The notes: a model not told the origin generated them from the letters alone. DNA of 61,793 bases, filler included, from Choristocarpus tenellus KU-1152 (GCA_964200185.2; 5 parts of 5 records of this genome joined end to end with filler, not necessarily neighbours in it), one strand, 5' to 3'; numbered from the whole stretch's first letter, positions 24,216-38,761 are shown. Numbers and translations: made by a program.

Positions 24216-26204
24216 AATAATAAGTGGGCACGCCTCTTCAGACTAATATTTAAAAGACAACTGAAACAGAACCCAAGCGATCCGTAAATAACCAGATCCC
24301 CATAAGTAGAAACGACCTTTAAGGAGACAGTGTTGTATTGTTTGATTTTCCCAGACACCACCTCTGCAAAATGTTAATAATATTACAGTAATATGTGGAA
24401 AGCATGTTTTTATTATACCGTTATTGCCGCATGCCATATACCATTAAACCAATTGAGGTTCCTTGTAGTGCTGTTAGTAGGTAGGGTAAATAGTAGTGGA
24501 ACACACAATACATGTTCACACACAGTGTATGGTGTTCAACAAAACAAACGATGGACATCACCATAGTCACAGAGTGAGGAAGGTACACAGCTCAAAATGC
24601 TAACAGAGTGCATGCAAATGCACAACACAGTCCTAGACTGGTCCTCATGTCAACAAGCTCCTCACCGTCGACAAACTACACTATATCTGAGAAAATTCTG
24701 ACGTTGATCTCTCTTGAAGAACTGAAATGAGCAGAAAACAAAATTGTTTTGGAGGAAATATCACTCTGGGCTTCAATGAGTAACTTTGCGTTCAAAAGAT
24801 TCTGTGCTTGCCACCATCTATTCGCACCTACCAATCCTTCGCAACATCATGCAAAGTTGACAAAGTTACAACTAGTAAAATTGATCATTCCCACTAATAA
24901 TGTAATCTGAGTATACATGTGGTATGAAGATGTGTGTATACTCTGAGGGAACATGTCAAATTTTGTGTTGTGCTCCCCACACCAGCAGTAGAAATACTCT
25001 TGATTGTATGCAGTACAAAAGGAACATAGGTTCATAGGACAGAGTCTTGGAATATGGCAACAATGTTAAAGCAAACTCGGGAAAGCAGATAGTGTCATAT
25101 CCTACCCTGAACAAAGAAGGAGCAGACGCCTCACGATGATCCTATACAGTAATAAAGACATTTGCTGGAATGGGGCGGAGTCATTATATACTATGCAGTA
25201 CTTACTGTATAAACATGTCTATGTGCAGGATGGGAGGAAGTGCCGTCTCAAAGCACCCAAAGTTTCACAGATAGCCCTTAAGGGCGGACAGCATCGTCAT
25301 TATTGTGTGTGACGGAAACACGGGCAGAAACTTATCAAACCATCGAAACTAGACAAAAAAAAAGGCAAAAGTACACAACAATGTATAGCACATTCCACAC
25401 GACAATACACCAAGCCCTCTTATGGAAACAGCAGGACTAGGGTAGTCAAGCACCATCCTCCAAATCATATTGGAAGAGAGAGTTGCAGGAGCAAATGGCA
25501 TGCACTTGCTCTCTCAACTCCATGGATTGAAGACTCCCTTGTCACAGGTTAAGAACTAAGGGTTATCCCTAACGATGGCAGACACAACACATGGTGTGTG
25601 CACTCTACAGCAGTCACCAAGACGACAATAATAATTTGCTCTCTACTACATACAGTTGTTTACTGCTAACACGCTCTCCTCATCATCTTGAACAAGATAC
25701 TCTCTGCTATTGTGACACTGCACAAATCATTGTACTGTTCTCAACAGGGTATCATCCTCACCACTCACACAACTGAGAGCGCAGGTGCAGCACCGCCCCC
25801 TCTTAGTGCAAAAGAGGGAGCCTTTCAACTCCCATCACACCTCTTTTAATGCAAGAGGCAACATGTCTGGAAGGAACTTGCTCTGCTCTAACTCAAGCAA
25901 AAAAACCCAGTGATCACTGTCACTCCGGAAAAGGGCACAACAAGTCGTATCATAAATATCATGGGCCAAACACCTAACAACATGGGAAAATGATACTGAC
26001 TGTAGGCATGAAATGCACCTTATAATAGCCCCACCGGAATGAGTGTGTCAGATGCTCGATATTCCCCTTGCTACGTGCCATCCATGCCTACTCTCTCTCC
26101 CACCAACCCAGTGAGAGGTAACTCAAACTGCACAGCACCTATACAACAAGAAGGGAAGCAACCCCTCTACTACAATAAATGATTTTTCAGGATCTGTACT
26201 ATCG

Positions 26205-29200
26205 TTAGTCTTCTTGGATCTCTGTCTTTATCTTCTTCTTCTTCTTCTTCTTCTTCTCCTGAAAAAACAAAAATGCAACACGCAGGTAAGCAAGACAAGC
26301 CACAATCATGGGGTTGCCCATGTGCTATCGTAAGGGTACCACAGACCAAGTCTGAGATTGTAAACTCTACTACTACAATGACCAAGACAACGCCTGAGGA
26401 CTGTTTACAGAGCACTACCTTTTGTCTTTCTATGTTCTGCTGGGACAAGCACAAAACATTCCACACCATCACAAAGGCATCATTATCATTATATCAGTTA
26501 CTAATTAGATGAAATTTATATTGGTGGGAGCCCATTATCAACCAGAAAACATACCCCAATCAAAGAGTGAGTTCACGAAATTAACATGCTTTGAATTCCA
26601 GTTTGTATGTGGTCTTTTTAGAGTGGGAAACCCAAGGCACCACCAATCATTTCTCTAACAGAGGACATCTCTGGTGACGATTTGAGATACTGCCAATCGA
26701 GCACAAGCACACACCCTCAAACCCTAACCCTAATCCAACACAAAACATCTAGTTAAACACAGCCACCCAGACAACCCCCTTATGGACAATTTCCAACAAA
26801 AATACTAAAGCAGGAAGAAAAACAAGTCACGCCTGCCAAAGATATCCAACAAAACAAGGAAGGCATCAGGGGCTTGATGACCTCGAATGCACCAAAAACA
26901 GGTAGGACAATTACACAATAGAAAACGCCTTCCACATCTTACCTTTTTTATAGTACAACAGGATACATGTAACACACATCTAAAAAATACACACACACAT
27001 ATATATATATATCAACTCCACAAAAAAATAGACAACCAGTAGTAGCCCTCAACCAATGATGCAGTGTTATACTCTTACCGAATTAACGACGTTCCCTTCC
27101 CCGTCTCCATTTTCCCCCTCTACTTCTTCTGCCTTTCGCTTCTTGTTCTTCTTGTTCTTCTTTGCACTCTTCACCTCCTCCTCCTCCTCTCCCTCCCCCT
27201 CTCCCCCCAAAGACTTGCGCTTCTTGTCCTTCTTGTCCTTCTTGTCCTTCTTTTCACTCTTCTCCTACCACCACCAACGTTTGTGGACACATTACAGGCA
27301 GCAGTTTCAAAACGAAAATTGGAGAAGAGTAAAACACTTCCACAATAATATTACTACTACTACAGCCAGTAGAGGCCAGATAAAGAACACACGAACAGCA
27401 CAAACAAAACTCATCAAACATGAAGGCAGACATTTCCTCTTTACAATCTTGGAGAACGCAAACACTATCAAGTCCAAATGCTGGCACAATCCCCAACATT
27501 TATGATAAGGCGTATGTCTGCGGCCACGAGACTTTTTTTTTCCGGTTCATTCTGTTCTTTGATCTTCAACTTCTATTTTTTATTGATCTCTGCAAGATAA
27601 ATCGCGCCCCTGGTTATTTACAATCCTGTTACACCCAAAAAATGATGCGATAGAAACACAGCATTTAATACCAAAAAAATATTGAGCGTAAGGATGAAGG
27701 AAGGAAACTACTGCTCCTTTCAAACAAAGCCATGACAGCACATCTGAAGAAAACCAAATCAGTGCATCTTTTCGAGTATCATATCAAGACTCTTTTGCAA
27801 GAAAAAAGAATGAGGAAAAATGACCCATAGACATACATATGTTCCAAATTTAGATAATACAAAATAGAAAACAGAAGGGTGGGAAGGGGGAGGGGGGGGG
27901 GATCAGCACCTCTTTAACCACAACCATGTCCTCTGCAGTGTTGAACGACACAGGTGTCTCCAACTTTACAATCTTGGAGTCATACTTCTTCACCTAGGAT
28001 CATCAAAAGCAAAACAAAAATCGGGATTTGATGCAAGATATTAGCGGTGTGGGGGAGTTTCAAAGAGAAAAGAGAACATCATATATACATACACATCTAA
28101 AGGAGAAGGGAAGAGAAAAGAGGGAGATGGGCATGGGGTTATGGATACCAGAGGTACACACAGCATTGCAACTGAAGAAAAAAATAGATCGCAACTTCTT
28201 GCAGACCAGAGCAAGAAGGATCCTTGGTAGAGCCTAACAATACTTGAGAGACTATGAGGAGACAAGAGGGCTTACAAACTTACCAGTCAGTACAACATAC
28301 AAAAACATTTCGAAGCTGCAACAGAACAGAATAGAACAAGGAGACATGGCCTTTGTGAAAAAAACTGTCAAGAGGACAGGACAATTCGTAAAAACGCTAT
28401 CAAAACTACCAAAAAAAAAGCGCCTTCTGTAGAACAACAGAGAGAGGAGCCGCAACGAACAAAAAAGAGAGAGACAAACTGTTGAGGGAAAGCTAGAGCG
28501 CCAGTAGAGCAGGGCCAAGATTCCTAACATCACTCTCCCACTCCCACCAAGAAAACAGCATGGGAATTCAAAGGGCTCCTTCAACGTGAAACTCCCTAAC
28601 CCTAACCCTAACCCACAAAAACGACTGCAGCGTATATCATTGGCATAGCTCTTTACACACACACACACATACCACCCAGGAGTGGAGACCTTTACCTGTC
28701 ATCACAAGTGAACATATCAACACAATAAAAAAAACACACAGGACATTCTCAATATCCCATGAGACTCATCACCTGAGTTGGGGTCTTTAGACCTGCCTCG
28801 TGAATATGTATCCCTCCCTCCATTTGACGCAGCCGCGCCTCCACCTTTAAAAACGATTTTTAAAGAAATACCAAGCATTGATAAGAAAAAGAGAGCAATC
28901 ATCGACTGAGCCCTAAGAAATGACTCAACAAAATAATGCGGTCAAGTCACTCGGGAAAGGTGTGGCGATCAAGACTAACTTCCTAGTCAATAGGGCAGGG
29001 ACTGGGGAAAACAGTACATTGGTCTGAAAATTGTACACTGCCTCCTTGAATGTACTTTAAAAACCCATCGTTGTATAAGATTGGTACATTTTCCCCTACG
29101 CTCAAGAAATCCCTTGAGTGTCAAGGAGGAGGAAAGGAAATCTCCTAAACTCCACCTGGTCCACTTTTGCAACATCATCATTACACCTCACTACTCACAA

Positions 29201-32200
29201 CAATTTCACCCATTCAACAAATCTCTTACGCTCCTGCACAAATAACTAAAAAAAAAGTCATCGTTGAAATTCTTGAATCATCCCACACTACAATTCCACC
29301 ATCACCCATTCTCCCTTGCTCTGTAGCCCTCCCTTCGCTGCGTAGCACCACCAAACAAACAACAAACCTTCAACTACTCAAGATGCAACCCCATCACTTT
29401 CCGAACCCACTCAAAACCTGTACCAAGAGCAAACAGAGCCAAGCTGAGATGCACTCGCAATACATACAAACAACACCACAACACCTATTCATATTTCTTC
29501 CCAAGAAAGACCTGTGCCTACAAACCTAATCCGCTATACTTCATATCCATGTCTTGACCAACGCAAACCTCCACACGCATACCTTTGACCGACCCTCAAT
29601 CCCTATAGATGTGTTCGTATCGTCAGCCAGGGCATCCACTCGAACAGCAAGGGCAGCCTTGGCAGCTAAGACACGTGAAATCTTACCCTTGTTCTTGGGC
29701 GTTGCCTGGCCGATGAGGCTAGCATGGTAGATGAGACCGTACTTGGGGGTATCATGCTAGAGGGTTACAAACAGATCGACCGATCAGACGCAACAAAGGG
29801 GAAGTAAGGCACACAGGTTAAAGAGGAATGCAAGGTTGAGGAGGTGGGAATGTACAGCAGGCTTCGAGATAAATAAAAACATCCCATTGACTTGATGCCA
29901 CCGCATAACAAATATACATTGGTTTACATGTTGCTGCTCGCATCATCAACCATTAATCTTCAAAAAGCACACCTGCTTCGCCATCTTGCTTTCAACCGTA
30001 AATGCATCAATTGTTCAATTTTGTCAACAGTACGTGAGAGGTTGCACATCCACAGGCCGACACAGGAAACCTTTGTGCATAAAAATTCATCGAGAAACTG
30101 CCAACACCATCCATAAAATCCCACAAAAAGAATGCAGTCATTTCTTCCCATCCCGAATGCCCACTTCCACTATTGTCATTATCCAAGTCCTTACCTCCCC
30201 TCCATATTCTACGGTCTGTGCACAATTATATAATCAAACCCCAACCTCAACAGGATCTTCAACGCAAACACCTACCCACTACGTAGCTACATGCACACAA
30301 GCACAACTCTCTTCCCACAAACGTATAAACAGCAACGAGCCCACACAACCCATGCACAAAAACGCCTTGCCGTGCACTTCTCTAGTGCCTCCGTGCTACA
30401 GCATCCACTCCTCCTTGTGTTCCCTGCACTCCCTCACCCTAAAAAACACCTTCAACACCTTGGCAAGGCGACACCCTGTAATCCACATGCCACAGTTCAG
30501 CCTTTTGTATGCGAGAGGATGTTCCATACACACGACACATAAACACATAAACAGAAGACACATACATACAAACACCTGCTACTTCTGCTTATTAACCAGG
30601 GTTGTTGAGAGGGGGAACATGTATTGTTGCATCACCTTTGTCTTGAGAGCACGGAACAAAGCCTTTTCAGCACCCAAGATCTGCACTGTGGAAGCCGGCT
30701 GTTTCGCAAGATTGATGAGGGACCCTGCATGAGAGATCAATCTAGCCCCCACCAGTTCTCCCACCATAATTGTCAGGTTGGGGGCGATGGCTTGCATTCG
30801 ACTGCGGAGGTAATCTGACAGCTGGATTCGATACTCGGACAGTGCCACAACCTGCATATTAAAAAAAATGCATACATTTATGTTTATTATCTTGTCAAGT
30901 GTCAAGCCAAGGGAAGGGACAGGGGTAAGGTACAAGCCTGAAACATTTGCACCAAATGACCTACATTTCACATCTCACCAATGAGATACATTCGCCCTAA
31001 AAAACACTTTGTAGACAAGAGTAGTGTTGTGTGAAAAAAGGTATGGTGGATGAGTAAGAAGTCAAAAGATGTCACATACGTATCTCGACCCTTCTCTATT
31101 TGCCTTTACTACACAGTCATTTCTATTGATTCATAGACGTTACTAAAACATGCACAGTGTCTCAAACCAGGAAATCATAATGTTACTCTAGTGAACAAGA
31201 TCCCACTCACACAGAGCAGCACCTTAGAAAACCATGACTAATTTCTGTTACCTTTGGCTCTAAATATAGCTCACTACACACAAAGATAAGGTGGCTGTAT
31301 AGAAAGATATACAGAGCATTAAACAAAATAATAATATATGCTTGATGTGACATGTCAACGTGCCAACCAAATACAACTCCAATAGTACCATTCCTCCTAT
31401 CTTGCTCAGCTGAAGAAGTATAACATATCACCTCTGATCTAATGTGCACTATTTTTTCACCTGCTCTGCAAGGCACTTGATGCTGACCACATCCCTTTCT
31501 GTGATCTCTGTTCCCATGCTGATCTCTGCTGACTCCTTGAGGGTTTGCTCCACCTAAACAAAAAAATTTTAAAAAGAACTTATTTACTTTTTTATTCTTT
31601 TAACCAAGTAAAAAAAAACATTTCTGCTGCCCAGAACATCCCGCAAGCAGGCAGGCATCATGACCAACACACTTGTGAGTCGCACCTCCCCTTTCAATCG
31701 CATCAATATTACAACTGCCAGAGGACAAGGGAGAGTCACCCCCAAGTAGCTACTCTCACCTGTTCATCCCCGAGAATGTCGCTGAAGTCACAGTTCTTCA
31801 CCATGACACGTGTTCCCATCCGCACAACACACTTTGCATAGTGCATGTTATCATTTATGATCTGCACAGAGCAGGAGAGATGCAGGACCATAGACACAAT
31901 AAAGCATTTGGTGGGTACACCTTTGTTGGTCAAAAAACATTGAAAACCATTGCTGTTTGCACCCACTACTAATTTTGACACTCAAGGACCAGTAAACATG
32001 TTCAGGTTTTCGAAACGGAAAAAAGCATGCCAATGATCCTACGCACAAACCAAACCACTGCCACGGATTCCTCCCGAGCAATAAGGAATCCATTAGCCAC
32101 CAACACTTGAGGTGCGGGCTAGTAAATCATAACACAGGCAAAACTTCAGGAAAACACAAATTACATCCGGTTCAACTGCTTGAGAAAAAACATCTGCCAT

Positions 32201-35200
32201 GACCATCTCAAAAGCTCCAACACATGCTGTCATTGCCACAACATTTCCTGCGTACAACATTACATCTTATTAAATATAGGTACAGCATTTTTTTTACGTT
32301 CCCATCCTCTTGGGGGTGATATGTTCATCTCAAGGCACTGATTTGTGGTGGTCTACTCATCCTAACCCTAACCATGAACAACGGGCAAACAGCAGAATCC
32401 GGACCCCGGTTTCTATCAGTTATAACAAGATGGAACCATGACAAGAACCCACTACCATAACAGCAACTACATTCAATCAAGCTGTACGTACTCGTGTCTG
32501 CCCTGTACTGCATCCAAAGCTCACAATCAATCTCCCACCATGTCTGGTAGCATGGTCTGACTCCCTCATTGGACTGTCAAATTCAATAACAGCACCTAAA
32601 TTTCCCTCCAATAGTTCAAAACTATTACAGAAGTGCAAGCAGTAGCAGAAAATTTTGTAAGGAAGATCAGTTAGGCATATACCTAATTACAATCTCACCT
32701 TTGCCATCTCCGGGAAATGCCATCCAAACCACTCCTTCACCCTCATCGCATAGGTATTGATCTCCTTGTCCATTTCATCCAATAGTCCAATAGCTTGAAT
32801 AATCATCGTGTCCACCTATACATCCCAAGGGCATTGCAGGAATCCACCCCCCACCCCCCCAACAAAAATAACACGAAACAGGGATCACACAGAGAACTGA
32901 TCACCAAACGCACAAACATGCAACCAATTCAAACACCTTTGTTTACAGCACAAAGAGATACAACAAGCAAGAACAGGGATTAAAAAGCTTATCTAGTAGA
33001 GCTCTACACTTTGAGTCTTACCCGCAAGACCACAAAAACAGGTGTGCACAGACACCTCAGGGTCAAAAGCACGTATCCACAGGCATTGCATGAGTGAAAA
33101 CAACATTTACCTCTCTCTAGCATATCAGTTCCCAGTGGGCAAAGTATTCTGCACACCCGCTTCATTCAATACACCCAATAAAACTCAACAGCCTTCACCC
33201 GAAGAGACAGAAAAATCACACCATGCAAGCACAAACTCACCTTGTCAGCAGAAAACTTGAGTTTGTACCGAGAGAGTGAGTGACTGAGACCTAGTCGCAT
33301 TGCCTTGAGGTTTTCTTCTCCCACGGACGAGAGAAGACTCTCCAGCTGGCTACGGATACCCCGCATGAGCTTAATCACTTCAAAGTTACTCACACACTTG
33401 ATGGACAGCTTGTCCTTGATTGAGCTCGCCAGCTTGGGTTCCAACACTGCCAGCTAACAAAGCGCAAAAGAAACAAGCACAAAAAAAATGGTGCGAAGTG
33501 TTTGCACTTGAAGTCTGCCATAACCCTAACCCTACAACTCAACAGGACACGGCATAGTGCCGAACAGACATTGTTGAGCTGCTCCTCAAGCTTCTAATCG
33601 CTATTTTCCTTGAAAGCTCAGGATTGCATGTCTATTCTCCTACTGCCCACACCTTCATGAGAGAGGGGGGGGGGGGTCTTGCAATCAAGAAATAAAAATC
33701 AAGCAAGGTGGATTGGAGCAAGGAATTAAATTGTGCACCTTGTCTGTGAGTTCCTTCTTGATAATGTTCTTGGTCAAGAACTTCTTTAGGCTCTTGCCCA
33801 TCTTGCTTTCTATCATGTCGCTTGAGGCTGCTACAGCATCTGCAGTATCTGTAAATGTCATAAACGCCTAAGCCACCAGAGATGCAGAGGGGGGTGAAGT
33901 TGGAAGAAAGGAGATGAGAGGGGAAAAGCAAGAGGCAGGAGTGATGAATGTTAAACACGATGCAAGTCAACAAATGGAACCATGCTGTAGAAGTCAACTA
34001 GGAGATCAGGGAAAGAGATTTTTGACTTCTCGACATTCTTCCAGCTCCAGGAGCTCTCCACTGTGCGCCCTTCCACATGCAACCAATTATGTCTCCTCCC
34101 TGGTATAAATCGTTCAGCCAGCACTACTCATCCGACGCCAAATCCTAGTACGCTGACTGCTTGCGACCCAGGTGAGCTCCTCGGAGTTGTACTTTCCCGC
34201 TCCTCCAAGTCTCTTCCATCCGTCCCCCATGGATAATTGCCCCTTCCATTGCTTGGTTGAATATACACTTGCAGCCACCCTCCAACCACTCCATTGGATG
34301 CATAACCTTGTTATGTGGCATGCGTCCAAACCACTGGAGAGGATCCAACTATCAGTTAAAACCTCTAGCACTACAGATCAATATACAAAGGGCAAACAAA
34401 CTCAGTCCAGATACCCACAAACAACAGATGTAGGATGCAGACACCATGAACCGTAGACGGATTTGATTGTCAGGAGACGGGCGCAACCCATAGACAACGA
34501 CTCACGTAGATCTACCAATGGGAATGATGAGAAAGAAAATTGGTTTGCAAAGCAACCAACCATCGCAAGTATGAGCAACATGCGACAAGAGGGTTTGATA
34601 AAGTAATTTCAGTGCCAAAACACATTACAACCAAGCCCTGACTATGTCAATTGCAGCATTGAGGCATTCTTTCTCGTTATCGCCAAAACTCTTGGACCCC
34701 ATGACGTATCAGTATGAGTAGCTTCTCTGGTCGCACCTTGAGCTTAATCGTCTCAGATGCCTTCTCCGCCGTGGAGAAGTCCTGGTCCAAGTCCACATCT
34801 CCCAACTTGGACTCATCTGCCATCTGCCAAGAAGTGACAAGCGAAAGTAGTTGTATTATCACCACATCCCACAAAGACAAAAGAACTCAAAATGATATCT
34901 ACTGCGAGACAGCGGAGACAAGAAGCTGAAGAAGATCGAGAAGATCTTTCTCTCTCGCTTGCTCTCTCTGTCACTCCTTCCCTCCCTCTCTCTAATGGGT
35001 ACCGACTGCTAGTGGGTCATCTCCATTACCCCTTCCGGGATAAAAACCTTATCCCTACAGCAAAACAACACGTCGATCATTTACCCATAAATCCTATCCG
35101 TCAATAATGACGTGGAATTGGCGCGAGCTCAGCAGGTAACCGGAGTACACCAACATTGGCTGGGGGGTCATTTGATCTTGAAGGCACAGCAGATTTGCCC

Positions 35201-35284
35201 TAGTAAAGGCCAGTCAGGTACTTAGAATCATTTTTTCACCTTGAAAAGGGCATAACCTGCAGGGGTCTCGAAAAGGACGAGCAT
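26205..35284 (-). CDS. NOP58: Nucleolar protein 58 (box C/D snoRNP core), ~523 aa, 13 exons
   Basis: Exons: 35240-35284, 34737-34823, 33739-33867, 33241-33453, 32699-32815, 31760-31861, 31461-31553, 30636-30851, 29583-29756, 28773-28844, 27910-27993, 27079-27264, 26205-26258 (1572 nt). Motifs [77 protein letters not shown], and a KKD/E tail. Confidence 0.95.
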
Positions 35285-35747
35285 ATTTGCAGAGTAGTAG
35301 GTTCCAAAGCGTCCCTGGAGATGTCCAAATCTCCCTCCTTGACGTATGGTGTGTGGACGCTCCAAAATGCCAACATGATACTCTTTTTTGGAAGGCGTGC
35401 TGAAGCTCTGTGGCATTTTAGGAACGCCATGTAGCACTACAGGGCAGTAATATCATTTCAAGTTTTGAAGTCAAACACGAACCTCTCCTCCTATTGACAC
35501 AAGAACAAGCCTCTTGAGCTCGAAAGTGACACAGGTTGTGTCTGCATGTGCAAATGACCTTAGATGCCGTTGCCACACCACAACGATTATCGCTGCGAAG
35601 GTACAGTCTTTCTCAAGATATTTCAAGGAAGGGGAAGTTCTCTGGTTAATTCCAAGTTGATCTTATCAGTTTGCCAAGGAACGAAAACGTGCCTACCCCG
35701 TGCATGCTCCCACACGAAGATCTCACACTACGACGTTCAAATTGATC
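35285..35747. promoter_or_regulatory. Probable bidirectional promoter/5'UTR region between NOP58 and the J-domain gene
   Basis: Divergent start codons only 463 nt apart within one contig; no motif identified. Confidence 0.5.
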
Positions 35748-38327
35748 ATGAAACTGGAGCGAGGAGGTCCAACATTGATATCCACCGTTGGTTTGCAAGT
35801 TGAAGGAATATCTGGGGGACGAAGGCGAGGGTTATGTGGGAGGTGTAATCGGTCAGTACCATGGTGGCTGTTGTTGCTAGTGCTGGGGATCATGTGGATC
35901 ATCTCATTGCCGCCGACTGCTGTGGCTGTGGGAGCCAGCTCAACATTTTACACAGGTACAGGTCGATTGTACTCAAAAACCCATCACGCCCAAGCACTGG
36001 ACCTAAGTTCGTCCATCCCCAAGAAGTAGGGATGTTTTGATGTTGTGATGAGAGAGACGATATTATCCAACCAGTCAGCGTCATTTGTCTTTGGATCGAA
36101 AAATAAAGTTTCTGCTGGTGAATTGCATATCACTGGAATGTCTGTAAGGCAGTTAGGGGCGCCCACACTGGGACTCGTGTAAGTTTTTTAGTCTCTGACA
36201 AGTGATTTTAAGTGGTAGCCTTTCAATGCCGATGAACTCCAACAATAAGGTTAAAACCCGACTCCTTTAATGGGATGAAAGTGCTTTGTAATCAACAGTG
36301 AAAATGGAAGTTGGCTCTGCAGTCTTGAAAATTGATTTCCATTACCAGGACCCGATGTTCTTCGATCACCATCCTCGTTTTTTAGTCATCGAGGGTGCAT
36401 TGACTAAATTTAGGACTCGACGAAACTAGAGTGACAATTGCCGTAATCGTTATTTCTTCGAAAAAGTATGGCAAAATTTTCAGAAGCATAATGTTGTGAT
36501 TATAACGATAACGTCATCCTCCGTTCCCATGGAGAAAAAACACAGCCATTGCTGGCACTGTTGGGGTGACGTCTTGTACTTTGATGCATTAGGTGTGATT
36601 GGAACCCGGCAAGGTATGGGAGCTCCAAAGCGTGGTATTTCAGATGAAATATAAAATCCCCGTTAGGCAGGAGGTTTGAATCTCATGTCTGCCTAGAAAT
36701 TATCGTGTATTTGGTCTCACCTCAAGCCCTCAGATGCATACTCAGCACCGGTGAAGGCTGCTTTGACTGACTCAGTGTGCAAGCAATGATGCAGAGAAAC
36801 ATTGACGAATTTGTTCCTCTCTGACAATCCTTGGAAGAACTGTGCTACCCCCTTTCCCTACCTCTTCACCTTCCCACCTCTGGTCATTGGATATGGACTT
36901 TTGTGAAATACTTTTGTGAAATACTTAATGGAATATAGAGCAACAATAATATCACTGCCAACTGAACTCTTTTTTTACCAAAGTCCTCTACTCCCCACCC
37001 CCGTCAACTGTGACCCTTGTCCCTACCTGGAGCAGATTATAATTTCAGTATCCCATCCTCCCAGTTCACTCCCTTCATTCCCCTCCTCCTGCCCAGAATC
37101 TGTTTTTTCTGTGTAGCATGAAACATGCTGTAATCAAATATTTTTGTAATGATTTTTGACCTATTTGCTAGACTAAACTACAGGTATCCTTTGCAGGCTG
37201 AGCTCTCCACTATTAAGCCCTTGGATATATTAGGAAAAGGTTGAATGGCACCCCTGATGTTTGTCTGACTTAAGTACAATATTAGCCTATTATAGTAGTA
37301 GAAGTAGTGATAGGAATAATATTGTCCAGCAACAATCAAGGACTCTGCCTGGTTAGGTGTATCAGACCATTGTACCCAATCAGTTTTTTTTAAATGTGAA
37401 GTTCTCCTGCACCGAACTTGACGTTTGATTCCCTACGCAACCCTTCAGTTGCATCATCGATACTAAGGAGTGATTAAATGACCACAGTGTGATGTGTCAT
37501 ATCCATACAGTGTTACATTATAGAACTCTTACTCCGCTTTTGTAGTGCAGTAATATATCGAAAGGCGTGGTGTACAGACGGGTCACTAAATGTCAATCTT
37601 TCAAGTTTGCAACTGTCATCTGTATGCACAACACAACATTTTCAACAAACTGCATTTCAAATGCCATACACTTCCTGGACATTTAGTACAACACATAGTG
37701 TCTGAAATCCAATTTTTCAAGACCAGATTTGGAATGCTCTCGTCAAGGCTGTGACTGTGGTGGCTATTTCACCTCCCAGTTCCCAACACTTATTGAGATA
37801 TTACCCTGTACACAAATTGATAAAATCATGTTGCATGAACCACACAAATGCACTCCAAGCAACATGATGAGAGCTCACAGCGCGCTTGACGAGAACAAAA
37901 TAAACAGATTAAGAACTGATTAATCGAGTATCATCTTGTAAATTATTGTACCAACATGGCTTTGGGTGTTGTCATCCTTTACGCATTTCCCTATTTGAAC
38001 AAACTGCTTTTGGGCCTTGTTCAAAGAATTTGTTCTGGAGGCGGGCGGCGTAGTCGGTCAACATTACGACACAAATATCTCTCCTGTCTTAACCCATGAT
38101 TGCAATGCTGGAATTTAATTTATTCCACCTCAATAATAACACACCTCCCCCCCCCCTTCCACTCCGCATCTCTCTCGCCATTTACTCTTCCAGTCCTAGG
38201 AGTTAGCCCAGACGCAAGTCAAGAGGAGGTGAAACGAGCATACCGGAAGGAAGCAGTACGGTGGCATCCGGACAAGAACAGCGGCAATGTATCTGAGGCT
38301 GAGCAGAAGTTCAAGGAGATACAAGAG
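35748..38327 (+). CDS. DnaJ/Hsp40 J-domain protein with N-terminal hydrophobic signal/anchor, 5' part only (truncated by contig end)
   Basis: Exons 35748-35955 and 38194-38327 splice in phase to give ...[16 protein letters not shown]...[33 protein letters not shown]...EQKFKEIQE (HPD motif). Confidence 0.85.
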
Positions 38328-38556
38328 GTGCGATGGCCTTGGCATCTGTGCTGGGAAGGGCGCATTGTGAGGAGAACAGAAGGGCAGGGGTTTTGTGACA
38401 TGCCTCTCTTTTTTGCTTCTCATTTGTAGCTATTATTTTGGCGGAAGGTGTGCTTTGGTGCCAGGGCCATGGCACAAGACCCTAACCCAAAGGGAGGTCA
38501 AGTCATAGTAGCTTGATTGCACGTGGACACAATCTTCCCCCCCCCCCCCCCCCCCC

Positions 38557-38656
38557 NNNNNNNNNNNNNNNNNNNNNNNNNNNNNNNNNNNNNNNNNNNN
38601 TTAATTAATTAANNNNNNNNNNNNNNNNNNNNNNNNNNNNNNNNNNNNNNNNNNNN
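38557..38656. other. Artificial contig linker
   Basis: N44-TTAATTAATTAA-N44. Confidence 0.97.
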
Positions 38657-38761
38657 TTTGGTTCCATCCGTTGGATGGATAATGAAAGTGCAATTTTCCT
38701 GGTTTTGGACCAAATGGACACTCTGGTGTAGACCCCCCCCCCCTCCCAGATACTTTGGGTC
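38657..38761 (-). mobile_element. MITE family B, partial copy at contig end
   Basis: Reverse complement GACCCAAAGTATCTGGG...gtctacaccag..tccatttggtcca..ccaggaaaa.tgca matches 8444-8550. Confidence 0.75.

Noticed and set aside
27056-27505. Plus-strand F/L/S-rich ORFs
   Set aside because: Antisense shadow of the NOP58 KKD/E tail exon.
29986-30732. 248-aa plus-strand ORF
   Set aside because: Antisense to a NOP58 intron and exon, with low-complexity composition and no recognisable motif.
33990-34030. Hairpin followed by ACA on the NOP58 sense strand as an H/ACA RNA
   Set aside because: The upper stem pairs only on the opposite strand (via G-U); no H box or second hairpin is evident.
26259-35239. 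Intronic box C/D snoRNAs in NOP58
   Set aside because: C-box-like TGATGA hits (e.g. 27411, 28699, 28766, 29175) have no suitably placed CTGA D box, and one is simply a splice donor. A covariance-model search is needed to exclude them fully.
36608-36695. tRNA-like sequence around GGTTTGAATCTC
   Set aside because: T-stem and acceptor stem do not pair; it is only a short taggcag/ctgccta hairpin.
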